Shown here: positions 18,409 through 27,446 of the stretch, piece after piece
Layout of the letters: the number at the start of each line of letters is the position of its first letter
Numbering within the stretch: position 1 is the first letter of the stretch
Sequence record: OR844650.1
DNA length: 64,000 nucleotides
Reading direction: 5' to 3' (one strand)
Notes under the pieces: generated by a model
The model's database searches: none
Told to the model about the DNA's origin: nothing
What the model saw: only the letters and a program-made list of their open reading frames with translations
Translations under genes and position numbers: made by a program

Positions 18409-18663
18409 TCAACGTGATATTAGTTTTATTTTCTTATTATATTGTTGATGTTCATAAAGGTTTATCTTTCCTGTGTTCTCTATTACTATTCTGTTGTTAG
18501 TGTCTACATCGATTACACGCAGTTTTCCGTTGCTTAACTTCCTTGGTAATAGGTTACCATTAATAAACTCATTAGCAAGCTGTACGGCCTTTGTGATGAT
18601 TCTCTGTGGTGCTTTATAGTGTACCCGCAAGATATTATCTTTAGATAGTTGTACCTTAATCAT
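18409..18663 (-). CDS. Possible ParE/RelE-like small basic protein
   Basis: LRVIDV..NRIV...G....YEHQQYNK resembles prophage ParE-like proteins ending in SHExYN (recalled pattern). Confidence 0.45.
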   Translation of the reverse strand: MIKVQLSKDNILRVHYKAPQRIITKAVQLANEFINGNLLPRKLSNGKLRVIDVDTNNRIVIENTGKINLYEHQQYNKKIKLISR

Positions 18664-18725
18664 TTTAGTTTATCCTATAAAAAAGGCGGGAACTGATCCC
18701 GCCGTGTTGTTAGTACTGCAAGTTA

Positions 18726-19130
18726 TTAGATAACCTGGCGGCGTTTACTGTATACTGTTACACGATTACCCTTACGGTCGTGTCGGATCTCTTTCTGGTT
18801 GCGAACCAGTTCACTTGGACGCTTAAGGTTTGCCAGGTGATCCGCGTGAGTCCAAGCGGTATGGTTTGTCTGTACTTTGATATCAGAATCAGCGATAAAT
18901 TCATCTTGTGCGTTAAGTACTGCCGCCAGTAAATCCGCTCGTTTTAGTTCTGCTGCTGTTAGTACTGGCTCCGGTGAATTCACGATATCAGAGATTTCTT
19001 TGAACTGTACGGCCCAGCGTTGACCTTTCGGTGCATCTTTGCCCATGTCTTTAAATGCTGCTCCTTCCTCGCGTGCAACAATACGGGCAGCTTCACGGGT
19101 AGCGTAGAATTTAGTAATCATGGTATACAT
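18726..19130 (-). CDS. Early hypothetical protein, paralogue of 31151-31417
   Basis: ATRE.AR..AR..GA.FKDMG...G.RWA and DRKGNRVTVY shared. Confidence 0.8.
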   Translation of the reverse strand: MYTMITKFYATREAARIVAREEGAAFKDMGKDAPKGQRWAVQFKEISDIVNSPEPVLTAAELKRADLLAAVLNAQDEFIADSDIKVQTNHTAWTHADHLANLKRPSELVRNQKEIRHDRKGNRVTVYSKRRQVI

Positions 19131-19216
19131 CCTATTAGTTGAGTTAGTACTACAAGTTAGAGTCTATTATAAAGTACTATCTGGGCAATGTCAAATAGTA
19201 CTTTAAATGGATTCTA

Positions 19217-19540
19217 TTACATGTCTTTCTTACGTTTTACATCGTAGTAGCGAACTGTTATTTCTTTGTTAATCTCTTTTTCGATGCGGTGAATAACTTT
19301 TTCTTTCGGGTTGAAACCTATAACGGTTTCTTTAATGATCTCCAAGCCCGTGTATTCTCCTTGTGTACCGTAACCGTAAGTAAAGGTTTCATGTCCCAAG
19401 TCTTCCCAGCGGTCGCCAATTAACGCGGACACGTAGCAAGAGTGGTAAGTGTTACCGTTCCGATCAGTCCAGCGATTAACTTTAATGTCAAAGGAGGTTA
19501 CAATTTTCAGTTCTACTTTCTGGGTAAGGATCATAGCCAT
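19217..19540 (-). CDS. Early hypothetical protein, paralogue of 25604-25927
   Basis: RWTDxxGNTYHSC and FTYGY, ends VKRKKD(M/L). Confidence 0.8.
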   Translation of the reverse strand: MAMILTQKVELKIVTSFDIKVNRWTDRNGNTYHSCYVSALIGDRWEDLGHETFTYGYGTQGEYTGLEIIKETVIGFNPKEKVIHRIEKEINKEITVRYYDVKRKKDM

Positions 19541-19627
19541 TTTTATTTCTCTCTCTTTGTTAGGAGGGGAACCATTCCCCTCGCTTGATGTAAACTATTA
19601 TACAGTACTAAGATACTTTGTCAATAC

Positions 19628-19810
19628 TTATTTTTTGGAAAGTTTACGCATTAATTCTACGCTTTCTTGTGAACGTTTTGCTACCTGGCAAGCTGTATGG
19701 GCAGTAAACATTTTTGTATAGTCTGACGCTTTGCCACCAAACCGAGCGGCACGTTCACGGGCACTTGGAACTAATACTATTTCTTTCTTGCAGATAGTGC
19801 ACTTAGCCAT
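19628..19810 (-). CDS. Small Cys/His (Zn-ribbon-like) early protein
   Basis: CxxC ... HxxC. Confidence 0.75.
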   Translation of the reverse strand: MAKCTICKKEIVLVPSARERAARFGGKASDYTKMFTAHTACQVAKRSQESVELMRKLSKK

Positions 19811-19897
19811 TTTAATTTCTCTCTTTTAGTTAGGAGGGGAACCATTTCCCCGCCTTGATGTAAACTATTATACAGTACTAAGATACTTTGTCAATAC

Positions 19898-20173
19898 TTA
19901 AGTATTGTAAATGTCGTGAATAGTGATAAAGTTTTTACGCCCGTAAACCTGTAAATCGGTATTAATGTAGTGCTTATCAAGTACATCCTCGACGCTTAAC
20001 GCGGTGTCGTGAATATCTTCGTAGAATTGGGGATCTACAATCTTGCTTAAGTCATCCGGCGTTAACTTATCGTTAAGCCATTGAACCGCCTGGATATCTG
20101 CATCACGTTTCCATTGTTCCAGGTTAGTAGTCAGTACTTGCTCGATTTCGTTAGCTGTCAGTAGAATCCGCAT
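19898..20173 (-). CDS. Early hypothetical protein
   Basis: 91 aa, own promoter 20207-20234. Confidence 0.75.
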   Translation of the reverse strand: MRILLTANEIEQVLTTNLEQWKRDADIQAVQWLNDKLTPDDLSKIVDPQFYEDIHDTALSVEDVLDKHYINTDLQVYGRKNFITIHDIYNT

Positions 20174-20239
20174 TTTAATGTTTCCTTATCAGTGGTTGAT
20201 GTAAGTATTATACTCGTTTACTTTCTATTGTCAAACTAT

Positions 20240-20317
20240 TTTATCAGGGGAGTTTTTCGTATGTCTTACTCCTGGACTACTTAACGGGGTTACTTGTTTC
20301 GTTCCCCGTCCTGATGT
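20240..20317 (-). ncRNA. Putative two-hairpin small RNA or long leader, copy 1 (copy 2 at 30470-30550)
   Basis: Strong promoter with no RBS/ORF before the next promoter; ACGGGG/CCCCGT stem. Confidence 0.4.
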
Positions 20318-20364
20318 AAAACATTATACTTGATTCTAAGTACAATGCAAGTACTTTTTAAAAA

Positions 20365-20434
20365 TAGTTTTCAGTACTAGCCACCAGCAAACAATAGATA
20401 CATTTATGCACCCTGTGGGCTGATTTGTTTCTAT
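20365..20434 (-). ncRNA. Putative small RNA or leader, CCCANNGGGTGC family copy C
   Basis: Promoter 20441-20469; motif 20408-20420; Chi at 20381. Confidence 0.4.
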
Positions 20435-20487
20435 GCGTATATAATAGCAAAGGGACTGACTGGAGTCAATCCCTTTTTCAAATATTT

Positions 20488-20637
20488 TTAAACTTCTTTC
20501 GGGTTGCGATAGGTGATAGCGTTCGGGTACATTTGTTTAATGTTATTCCATGCCTGGTTAACATTATAACCACTTGAGCGAATCAGTTGGTTACTACCGA
20601 CACCTTGAAACACTACTTCGAATAAGAATTCTTTCAT
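20488..20637 (-). CDS. Small early protein (49 aa, MKEFLFEVVF...)
   Basis: Hand translation; ATGA-coupled to upstream gene. Confidence 0.65.
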   Translation of the reverse strand: MKEFLFEVVFQGVGSNQLIRSSGYNVNQAWNNIKQMYPNAITYRNPKEV

Positions 20638-20807
20638 GCTTTCACCTCGCTATCTGCTTTACCTTTACGCCAGGACATTACTAATTGTTCGCGTTGCCAT
20701 AAGTCGAGTGATACAAAAAGTTTTGCGGTATCACTTTTAGGATACTCGCCATTAGTACCTAACCGATAAAATAGATCTTTCAGTACTGATAATTCTACTT
20801 GGATCAT
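20634..20807 (-). CDS. Small early protein
   Basis: Start MIQVELS behind cassette. Confidence 0.7.
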   Translation of the reverse strand: MIQVELSVLKDLFYRLGTNGEYPKSDTAKLFVSLDLWQREQLVMSWRKGKADSEVKA

Positions 20808-20893
20808 TATACTTTCCTTTTTGTTAGGAGGGGAACTATTCCCCTCTCGATATAAAACATTATACACTTTATTCAGTACTGTGCAAGTACTTT

Positions 20894-21106
20894 TTAATCT
20901 TTCAGCCAATGATCTTGGATGAATTTTTCACCGAAGCCTTGCTGCATGGATTGTAACAGTCGTTCACGGTGAGCGGCGGCAAATTGCTCAGTACTATGCG
21001 TTACACCTGGTTGATAACGTGATTCACCATTGGGGGCGATGTATTGTACATCCCACGGTTTAGCGTTAGTATCAGACCATTTACGAACGATTAGTTGACC
21101 TTGCAT
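20894..21106 (-). CDS. Early hypothetical protein
   Basis: Start MQGQ after GAGGA. Confidence 0.7.
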   Translation of the reverse strand: MQGQLIVRKWSDTNAKPWDVQYIAPNGESRYQPGVTHSTEQFAAAHRERLLQSMQQGFGEKFIQDHWLKD

Positions 21107-21193
21107 TTTTCTTTCCTCAGTACTGGGGAGAATCATTTCTCCCCTTCATGTAACTTATTATACAGTACTATAATCTATTGTCCAGTACTTTTT

Positions 21194-21382
21194 TTACAGT
21201 TTATGAATCAATTCTTTATCTAAGCGATAGCGTACATTATTAATGGTAACAGCATTATTTTTAATGCTACGCTGTACTGGCCCACCAGCAATAACAAACG
21301 TTGCCTTATTACCCCGAACAATAATAGCACTTCCTGGATTGCTGTATTCATCTTGTACTAAAATACTTGATAAGTTTTCCAT
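21194..21382 (-). CDS. Early hypothetical protein
   Basis: 62 aa behind cassette. Confidence 0.7.
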   Translation of the reverse strand: MENLSSILVQDEYSNPGSAIIVRGNKATFVIAGGPVQRSIKNNAVTINNVRYRLDKELIHKL

Positions 21383-21463
21383 TTTTATTTCCTCTTAGTA
21401 GGGGAAGACGTTTCCCCTTGATGCAATACAGTATACACTATCTTTCAGTACTTTCAATACTTT

Positions 21464-21721
21464 TTATCTCATAGATCTATGCCAACAATTACGCGGATCT
21501 CTTTTAAAAGTACTATCATGATCCTCCTGGCAAGTTATGCAGTACTTACATCCCTTAACAGCCTGGCGGCGATTCTCAGGGATTTTATCGCCACAGTCGA
21601 GGCAATGTATCAGTGATTCTATTTGTGCGTTAATTTGCTTTCTAGCGTGGTTTACGGCGGCCTGAATCACTGCGTTAATCTCGTCTTGTTCGGCCCCGTC
21701 TTTCGCGAATCCGACAGCCAT
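21464..21721 (-). CDS. TraR/DksA C4 zinc-finger protein (YbiI-like)
   Basis: MAVGFAKDGAEQDEIN N-terminus, CLDCGDKIPENRRQAVKGCKYCITCQ. Confidence 0.9.
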   Translation of the reverse strand: MAVGFAKDGAEQDEINAVIQAAVNHARKQINAQIESLIHCLDCGDKIPENRRQAVKGCKYCITCQEDHDSTFKRDPRNCWHRSMR

Positions 21722-21918
21722 TATTTTAACCTTTTTCTATCATTAATTAATGCTTTCAGTACTATACTAATAACTTGCAATGATTCATCAATAACTATAA
21801 AATTATTTTCTTTCATTAGATGATAGTTACCATTGATATTATATTCTAACGAGTACTGTTTACGTTTAATTTTTGATAATGTTTCTATTTGTTTTTGTAC
21901 TGATTTCATGCTAATCAT
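21721..21918 (-). CDS. Early hypothetical protein
   Basis: 65 aa. Confidence 0.65.
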   Translation of the reverse strand: MISMKSVQKQIETLSKIKRKQYSLEYNINGNYHLMKENNFIVIDESLQVISIVLKALINDRKRLK

Positions 21919-21987
21919 TGGTAAACGTCCTGTAACGCATTCTAACGAGATAAACGGTTGAGTACTGACATTGTATAGGGTAATGAA

Positions 21988-22017
21988 TTAAAGCCCACCA
22001 GCGTTAACCAGTGGGCT
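21988..22017 (-). terminator. Intrinsic terminator (AGCCCAC/GTGGGCT stem) containing a Chi site
   Basis: Stem followed by short U tract on minus strand. Confidence 0.55.
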
Positions 22018-22023
22018 ATAATC

Positions 22024-22167
22024 TTACATCTTGCGGATAATCTTAACAGTATCTTTCACCGATTTACCGTCTTGCTGGCATTGCTCGATCATTGCGTATT
22101 GTTCTGCGGTCAGATCCTCGCCAGTTTTTGCCAGTACTGCGTCGATGAATGAATCCAGTGCGATCAT
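22024..22167 (-). CDS. Small early protein (47 aa, MIALDSFID...)
   Basis: Hand translation; own promoter and RBS. Confidence 0.65.
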   Translation of the reverse strand: MIALDSFIDAVLAKTGEDLTAEQYAMIEQCQQDGKSVKDTVKIIRKM

Positions 22168-22266
22168 TTTATTTCTCTCTTAGGTTAAGTTAACTACTGT
22201 TGATAAAACTTATTATACAGTACTATCAAACGTTGTCAATATCTTTAATAGTACTGGTAATATATT

Positions 22267-22446
22267 TTAGCGGTAATCGTCGTATGCTTTATTCACCTGG
22301 CGAATGTAACTTTCAAAGGCTTCGTCTACCGTTTCATACTCCCGAACATAATCACCATAGGAAACTACATACATACCTTTTTGATCTTCAAACGTCATGA
22401 TGATAGAATCCAGACCAACGATTTCAGTTTTTGCGATGATAGCCAT
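22267..22446 (-). CDS. Small early protein (59 aa, MAIIAKTE...)
   Basis: Hand translation; AAGGAA RBS and promoter. Confidence 0.7.
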   Translation of the reverse strand: MAIIAKTEIVGLDSIIMTFEDQKGMYVVSYGDYVREYETVDEAFESYIRQVNKAYDDYR

Positions 22447-22529
22447 TTTTTAATTCCTTAGTAGTGTAGTTGATAAAAGTTATTATGTCAGTACTATCAA
22501 ACTATGTCAATAGTACTGTGATAATATTT

Positions 22530-22742
22530 TTAGTTAATGATAGTCAGTGTAAAATTGTAATCACCGCAGCGATATAGCACGTTATTCCCAAATGTTCCAA
22601 CTAATCGCACATCACACAAAACGCCGGTTTTTTCTTTTACTTCCTTGATACTTGTAACTCCTGTAATATCTTTATTAAAGTATTCATGATCTGAAAATAA
22701 AACTTGTTTTGCATTTTTTAATTTCGACCGGATATTAGCCAT
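22530..22742 (-). CDS. Early hypothetical protein
   Basis: 70 aa behind cassette. Confidence 0.75.
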   Translation of the reverse strand: MANIRSKLKNAKQVLFSDHEYFNKDITGVTSIKEVKEKTGVLCDVRLVGTFGNNVLYRCGDYNFTLTIIN

Positions 22743-22838
22743 TTTGTTTTCTCTCTCTGTTAGTGGGGAGAACTATTCTCCCCTTGATGTAAACTATTAT
22801 ACAGTACTATAATCTATTGTCAAACTATTTTTTTTATA

Positions 22839-23180
22839 TTATTCGAAATCTTCTGGACCGGACTGATAATCATCTTCACCGTATGCACTTTCTAACCGCT
22901 CGCCAGTGTGATCATCAGTTAGTGAGTCATCCTCATAGTTCACGTTCACGCCCGTGATGTAAAACTGGCTATCGTCTGGATCATTGAAATTAATTTTTTG
23001 GATGTTTACAATAACTGTATTGATACCCAGGACACCGCCATCAGCCGTTACAAAGTACTGATATTTTTCGCAACCGCCTGAATTGAAACCGTAATTAATT
23101 TCGGCCCGACCATCATTTAAACGCAGTGCCTGGGCGATGATTTCATTTTCAAAGTTAGATTGAGCAATTGAGATAGTCAT
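22839..23180 (-). CDS. Acidic early hypothetical protein
   Basis: 113 aa, NVNYED..L.D.HTGE.LESAYG-type C-terminus. Confidence 0.8.
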   Translation of the reverse strand: MTISIAQSNFENEIIAQALRLNDGRAEINYGFNSGGCEKYQYFVTADGGVLGINTVIVNIQKINFNDPDDSQFYITGVNVNYEDDSLTDDHTGERLESAYGEDDYQSGPEDFE

Positions 23181-23262
23181 GATTTGTTTCCTTATTATCA
23201 GGGGAAACCGTTTCCCCTTTCGATGTAAAACATTATACGCTTATCAGGAAGTAATGCAAGTA

Positions 23263-23730
23263 CTATTTCACGTTAATTTCAAAGTACTGCTCTTTGATGT
23301 TTTCCTGTTGGTAAATCTCGTTTAATGCTTTAAGATCTAAAACCTGTTTACCTGCTGCCTGAATATACTTTTTAAGAGTCGCTAACAGCTTCTCAGGCGT
23401 GTTTGTAGTCTTACGTGTTGGGATCTTATCGTGCCCCATAGCGTAGTACTGCTTACGTGCTATAGTACTGATAACACTGCGGTACGGTTCCATGATCAGC
23501 TTGTCTGTGTATTCGTCGCTATCCCCAAACTTCATACCGTGGATCGCAAAGGTCATCATCATGCGGTCGTTATCGCGGATATTGTGGGGGCAGTCGGCAA
23601 GCTCGCGAGTCAGTGACATAGTGATCCCCACGTCGCCACCCAGCGGTAAAGGTCGGGCGATAAAGAAACCGTTAGGGAATACTTTCAGGAAGTTTTCTTG
23701 AACTGCTGCGACGAATTCGATGCTATTCAT
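23263..23730 (-). CDS. Early hypothetical protein
   Basis: 155 aa behind cassette. Confidence 0.8.
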   Translation of the reverse strand: MNSIEFVAAVQENFLKVFPNGFFIARPLPLGGDVGITMSLTRELADCPHNIRDNDRMMMTFAIHGMKFGDSDEYTDKLIMEPYRSVISTIARKQYYAMGHDKIPTRKTTNTPEKLLATLKKYIQAAGKQVLDLKALNEIYQQENIKEQYFEINVK

Positions 23731-23834
23731 AATTCATTTCCTTAATTAGTGGGGGAAGTTGTTTCCCCTCTCGATGTAAAACATTATACGCCAATTGAGA
23801 TAGTTTGCAAGTACTTTCTACAAATACTATTAAA

Positions 23835-23908
23835 ATAGTTTTCAGTACTCAATACTCATATAATAGATACACTTATGCACCCTGTGGGCTAGTGAGCTAT
23901 CTCTCAAT
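23835..23908 (-). ncRNA. Putative small RNA or leader, CCCANNGGGTGC family copy D
   Basis: Promoter 23915-23943; motif 23877-23889. Confidence 0.4.
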
Positions 23909-23952
23909 GAATATATAATAGCAAAATGGCTGACCGGAGTCAACCACTTTTT

Positions 23953-24096
23953 TCATTTATTTTTAGCTTTTAGAATCGCCGCCTTTCGTGTCATGCCTTG
24001 TTTGATGTATTCCTGTACTTTCGCTTTACGTGCATTCGCTTTATTTGCTTTCGTAAACGCCGAACAACTTTTATAGTTTAAACCTGTTGGATTCAT
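23953..24096 (-). CDS. Small basic early protein (47 aa, MNPTGLNY...)
   Basis: Hand translation. Confidence 0.6.
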   Translation of the reverse strand: MNPTGLNYKSCSAFTKANKANARKAKVQEYIKQGMTRKAAILKAKNK

Positions 24097-24186
24097 TTAA
24101 ATCACCATAAAGAATAGATAGGTTACTAACAACGCCGCGATCAATGCACCGACCAGGGCCGAACTATAGTAAGCTAATGTTTTCAT
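24097..24186 (-). CDS. 29 aa single-TM peptide (MKTLAYYSSALVGALIAALLVTYLFFMVI)
   Basis: Hand translation; abuts both neighbours. Confidence 0.55.
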   Translation of the reverse strand: MKTLAYYSSALVGALIAALLVTYLFFMVI

Positions 24187-24335
24187 TTTTTAGCCTGAAA
24201 GTAATGTTTAATTTGAGCGGCGGTCAGTGCACAATTACGCAGGAAGTTTTCTGTATAACTTTTGCGAGTACTGAAAGAGAATTGACCTTTGCCGTTACCG
24301 ATAGTAACATCAAACCGAGCGTTGTATTGTTTCAT
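24183..24335 (-). CDS. Small early protein
   Basis: Start MKQY after AGGAG. Confidence 0.65.
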   Translation of the reverse strand: MKQYNARFDVTIGNGKGQFSFSTRKSYTENFLRNCALTAAQIKHYFQAKK

Positions 24336-24416
24336 TTTGATTCTCCTGTTATTGGGGAGAATCATTTCTCCCCTTCATGTAAACTATTATACAGTACTGA
24401 AAACTAATTGCAAGTA

Positions 24417-24659
24417 TTATTTTAAACTTTGTGCGACTAATTTCGCACGGTCAATCATATACTGCCATTTTTGGATCTCTTCTGGAAGAAAACGATATTC
24501 ACCAATAACAATAGTGATACACTTTTCAGCCTGGTCAATGTATGTAGTATCAATCTCGACTTGAACGGGTACACGTTCGCCGTAATCAGTGCCAGGGATA
24601 ATACAATCATTATCATAAGTAACAGTAGTTGCAGTGTCTTTGATTAAAATGGTTTCCAT
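24417..24659 (-). CDS. Early hypothetical protein
   Basis: Start METIL after GAGGA. Confidence 0.7.
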   Translation of the reverse strand: METILIKDTATTVTYDNDCIIPGTDYGERVPVQVEIDTTYIDQAEKCITIVIGEYRFLPEEIQKWQYMIDRAKLVAQSLK

Positions 24660-24729
24660 TATACTTTCCTCGTTAGGTGTAAGGGGAAAAAGTTTCCCCT
24701 CTATGTAAACAATTATACAGTACTGAAAA

Positions 24730-24939
24730 CTAATTGCAAGTACTATTTGAAAGTAAATGCTCATACGCTGCATTAACTACGTTTTCAATAACCGACTGTA
24801 CAGAAAGATTCCCCACGTCCTGGCTATAGTAGAAATCGCTTACAGTGGTGTCATCGTATGCAAATACTTTACCAGGTACGGCATCAATCACATACATATT
24901 AACCTTTAAGATGTCGATCTTATCCTGTACAGTAAGCAT
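24730..24939 (-). CDS. Early hypothetical protein
   Basis: 69 aa. Confidence 0.6.
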   Translation of the reverse strand: MLTVQDKIDILKVNMYVIDAVPGKVFAYDDTTVSDFYYSQDVGNLSVQSVIENVVNAAYEHLLSNSTCN

Positions 24940-24944
24940 ATTAA

Positions 24945-25202
24945 TTAACCTTTTAAGTACTGGCTCAAATAGTCTTTTTGTTCTTCGGTGATTGGTGGCA
25001 TCTTCCCTAGTACTGGATTAATGATATAATCCTGATCCGCGTTCTCAGTACTAGCAACCGGACGGATACGGGCCATCGCCTGGGCTTGTTCTACGCTGTA
25101 TTGTTCGTATAGTCTGCATTCTTCCGGTGTAGGCATTACATCGCTACGCTGCATAGGTTTAATGATGCTTTCAACTTCATTCAGTACTTGATTAACGTTC
25201 AT
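24945..25202 (-). CDS. Early hypothetical protein
   Basis: 85 aa. Confidence 0.7.
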   Translation of the reverse strand: MNVNQVLNEVESIIKPMQRSDVMPTPEECRLYEQYSVEQAQAMARIRPVASTENADQDYIINPVLGKMPPITEEQKDYLSQYLKG

Positions 25203-25253
25203 GGTATAATCCCCAATATAAGCGGCCTAAATCGACCGCTAACGATGTTTTGA

Positions 25254-25523
25254 TTAATAGGTGTATGGTTGACGTTCAAACAATGATTGCACGTTGTACG
25301 CCCCGCTTATGGGCTTTGCTGGTAAATCAATTTTATATTGTTCACGCTTAAAGATAATAAAACGGCAATTGTTTTTAACATCAAAATTGATTGAACGTTC
25401 CATGAGTTTACCATCGTGCACAAATACAAGATAACCGCTCGCTACTTGTTTTGTAGTACTGGTTGCAACCATAGACCGCCGAACATGTGTACCTGCGTCG
25501 ATTAAAGTACTGATATTTTTCAT
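25254..25523 (-). CDS. Early hypothetical protein
   Basis: 89 aa, GAGGA RBS. Confidence 0.7.
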   Translation of the reverse strand: MKNISTLIDAGTHVRRSMVATSTTKQVASGYLVFVHDGKLMERSINFDVKNNCRFIIFKREQYKIDLPAKPISGAYNVQSLFERQPYTY

Positions 25524-25603
25524 TATACGTTCCTCTTAAGTTAATTTAATTTCTTTCCCCTATGCAGACACTATATCAAAGTATCTGCATAAAGTAAAGC
25601 TAA

Positions 25604-25927
25604 TTAAAGATCTTTTTTGCGTTTAACATTCTGTACAGTACAATGCAACGGGATATTAAGATCATTGCACAAACGAGTAAGGGAGGTTTCATCAGTATTA
25701 AGCCCGTCTACTGATTCCTTTAAGAGAGATAACGCCGTTTGTTGATATGCATCTTCATAGCCATAAGTAAATGATTCAACCGCCAGATCATTCAAACCGT
25801 TATCCAGTTCAACGCTTACATGACAAGAATGATAAGTATTGCCATATGAATCAGTCCAACGTTTACCGTCAACATTGATTGCACGGATTGCAGCCAGGGA
25901 AACGGTGTTAATGATAGTTTTAGCCAT
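25604..25927 (-). CDS. Early hypothetical protein, paralogue of 19217-19540
   Basis: RWTDSYGNTYHSC. Confidence 0.8.
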   Translation of the reverse strand: MAKTIINTVSLAAIRAINVDGKRWTDSYGNTYHSCHVSVELDNGLNDLAVESFTYGYEDAYQQTALSLLKESVDGLNTDETSLTRLCNDLNIPLHCTVQNVKRKKDL

Positions 25928-26016
25928 TTTTGTATTCCTTAAATTAATATGTTGTCTTGATAAAATCTATTATGCCAGTACTATCAAACTATGTCAATAG
26001 TACTGTGATAATATTT

Positions 26017-26160
26017 TTACTTACTTTTTGCTTTCTTTACTGCTTCCACCTGGTCGGCCCACTCTTTACCCCATACTTGTAAATTATAATGGTACTGGCA
26101 AAGTGCAACGCCCCGCTTTAAACCAGTAATAGATTTTTTACCACATTGACAAGTTTTCAT
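26017..26160 (-). CDS. Small Cys/His early protein (47 aa, MKTCQCGKK...)
   Basis: Hand translation; CxC...CxxH; behind cassette. Confidence 0.65.
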   Translation of the reverse strand: MKTCQCGKKSITGLKRGVALCQYHYNLQVWGKEWADQVEAVKKAKSK

Positions 26161-26246
26161 ATTAGTTTCCTCATTATCAGGGAGAACCATTTCTCCCCTT
26201 GATGTAATGTATTATACTTTATCTGATTTACTTTGCAAGTACTTTT

Positions 26247-26474
26247 TTAATTTAATTCATCAAGGCAAAGGATACGCTCAACGCCCAAATCAGTTAAACT
26301 AATCGACGGCACTTGATAGGTTTCAATGTATGCTACACTTGCCCACTGACCGAACTCATTAACGGCCCAGGTATTCATTGCATTTTGCAATTCCGCACCT
26401 TCCTTGTTGGTAATGACTGCAACTACTTGTTCGTTGCCAGTAGTACCAGATACGCGAGTAATGATAATAGCCAT
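26247..26474 (-). CDS. Early hypothetical protein
   Basis: Start MAIII after AAGGAA. Confidence 0.7.
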   Translation of the reverse strand: MAIIITRVSGTTGNEQVVAVITNKEGAELQNAMNTWAVNEFGQWASVAYIETYQVPSISLTDLGVERILCLDELN

Positions 26475-26711
26475 TGTTTTGATTCCTTTGATTTGGAAGG
26501 AGAACCGTTTCCCCCTCTCGATGTAAAACATTATACGCTAATCTCTTAATCGTGCAAGTACTTTTTATTACTTTTTGCAAAATACTTTAAACGCTCTCAA
26601 TCGCATTCTAACGACCTTAACGCCACCAGCTAGGGCGATGCATCAGATAATCAGTTTAATGCGTTAGAATCGATTCTAGGCGGTGCTGGTGGCCTGGTAA
26701 ACGATAAACAC

Positions 26712-26737
26712 AAAAAAGCCCACTTATGCAGTGGGCT
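26712..26737 (-). terminator. Intrinsic terminator
   Basis: AGCCCAC-TGCATAA-GTGGGCT then T run on minus strand. Confidence 0.75.
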
Positions 26738-26758
26738 AGTGATTCAGTACTTTAATTG

Positions 26759-27241
26759 TTATGCTTCAACTTTGCGATGAGATTCGATCCATTCCTCGCG
26801 AGTCATACCGCTGGCGTTAATCGCGTCCAGTACTACCGCAATACAGTTACCACGCACCGGAATCAGATATTCTTCCCCGTTGTCCAGTACTACCGCTACG
26901 CGTTCCTGAATCCATTTTTTGGCTTTTACTTCTGGCTTGTCTTCCCCATACTTAACCGCCAGGGCTTTTTGTGCCATCTCTGTAACTACTTCCAGATCCA
27001 ATCCAACTACTGCCGCCTGAATACTTTCGATTGTTGCTTGTAGTTCTGCTTCACGGGCCGCCTTTGCCGCTTCAATTTCTGCCGCTTTATTTGCTTGTAG
27101 TTCTTTCGCAGTACTGTACGCGATGTTAAAATTATTGCGTACCGCTTTCATGGTATCGTTATCCAGTTCAGCCAGGATCTCAGCCGCGACGTTAGTTTCA
27201 TTTGCTACCAGTGCTTTGATGAATGATTTTACATTAGCCAT
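26759..27241 (-). CDS. Coiled-coil early protein
   Basis: Start MANVK; Ala/Glu/Lys-rich helix. Confidence 0.8.
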   Translation of the reverse strand: MANVKSFIKALVANETNVAAEILAELDNDTMKAVRNNFNIAYSTAKELQANKAAEIEAAKAAREAELQATIESIQAAVVGLDLEVVTEMAQKALAVKYGEDKPEVKAKKWIQERVAVVLDNGEEYLIPVRGNCIAVVLDAINASGMTREEWIESHRKVEA

Positions 27242-27446
27242 TTTATAAATCCTCAATTAAAGTTTAGTTTACGTTTATTAGTGTATCAAAGTTTTCTCGA
27301 CGTGTCCAGTTTTTCGTTCGACTTACTGGCGGTCTACTTAGTGCTCCCCGTCTTGATGTAATACATTCTACGCTTTTCTGCGGTAATGTCAACTACTTTT
27401 TTAAAACTATTTTCAAAGTATCTCAGTACTACGATACTACAAAAAC

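Noticed and set aside
2676-24564. Plus-strand ORFs opposite minus-strand genes (e.g. 2676, 4147, 5794, 8895, 13620, 15447, 19449, 24144)
   Set aside because: Antisense shadows lacking RBS or family motifs
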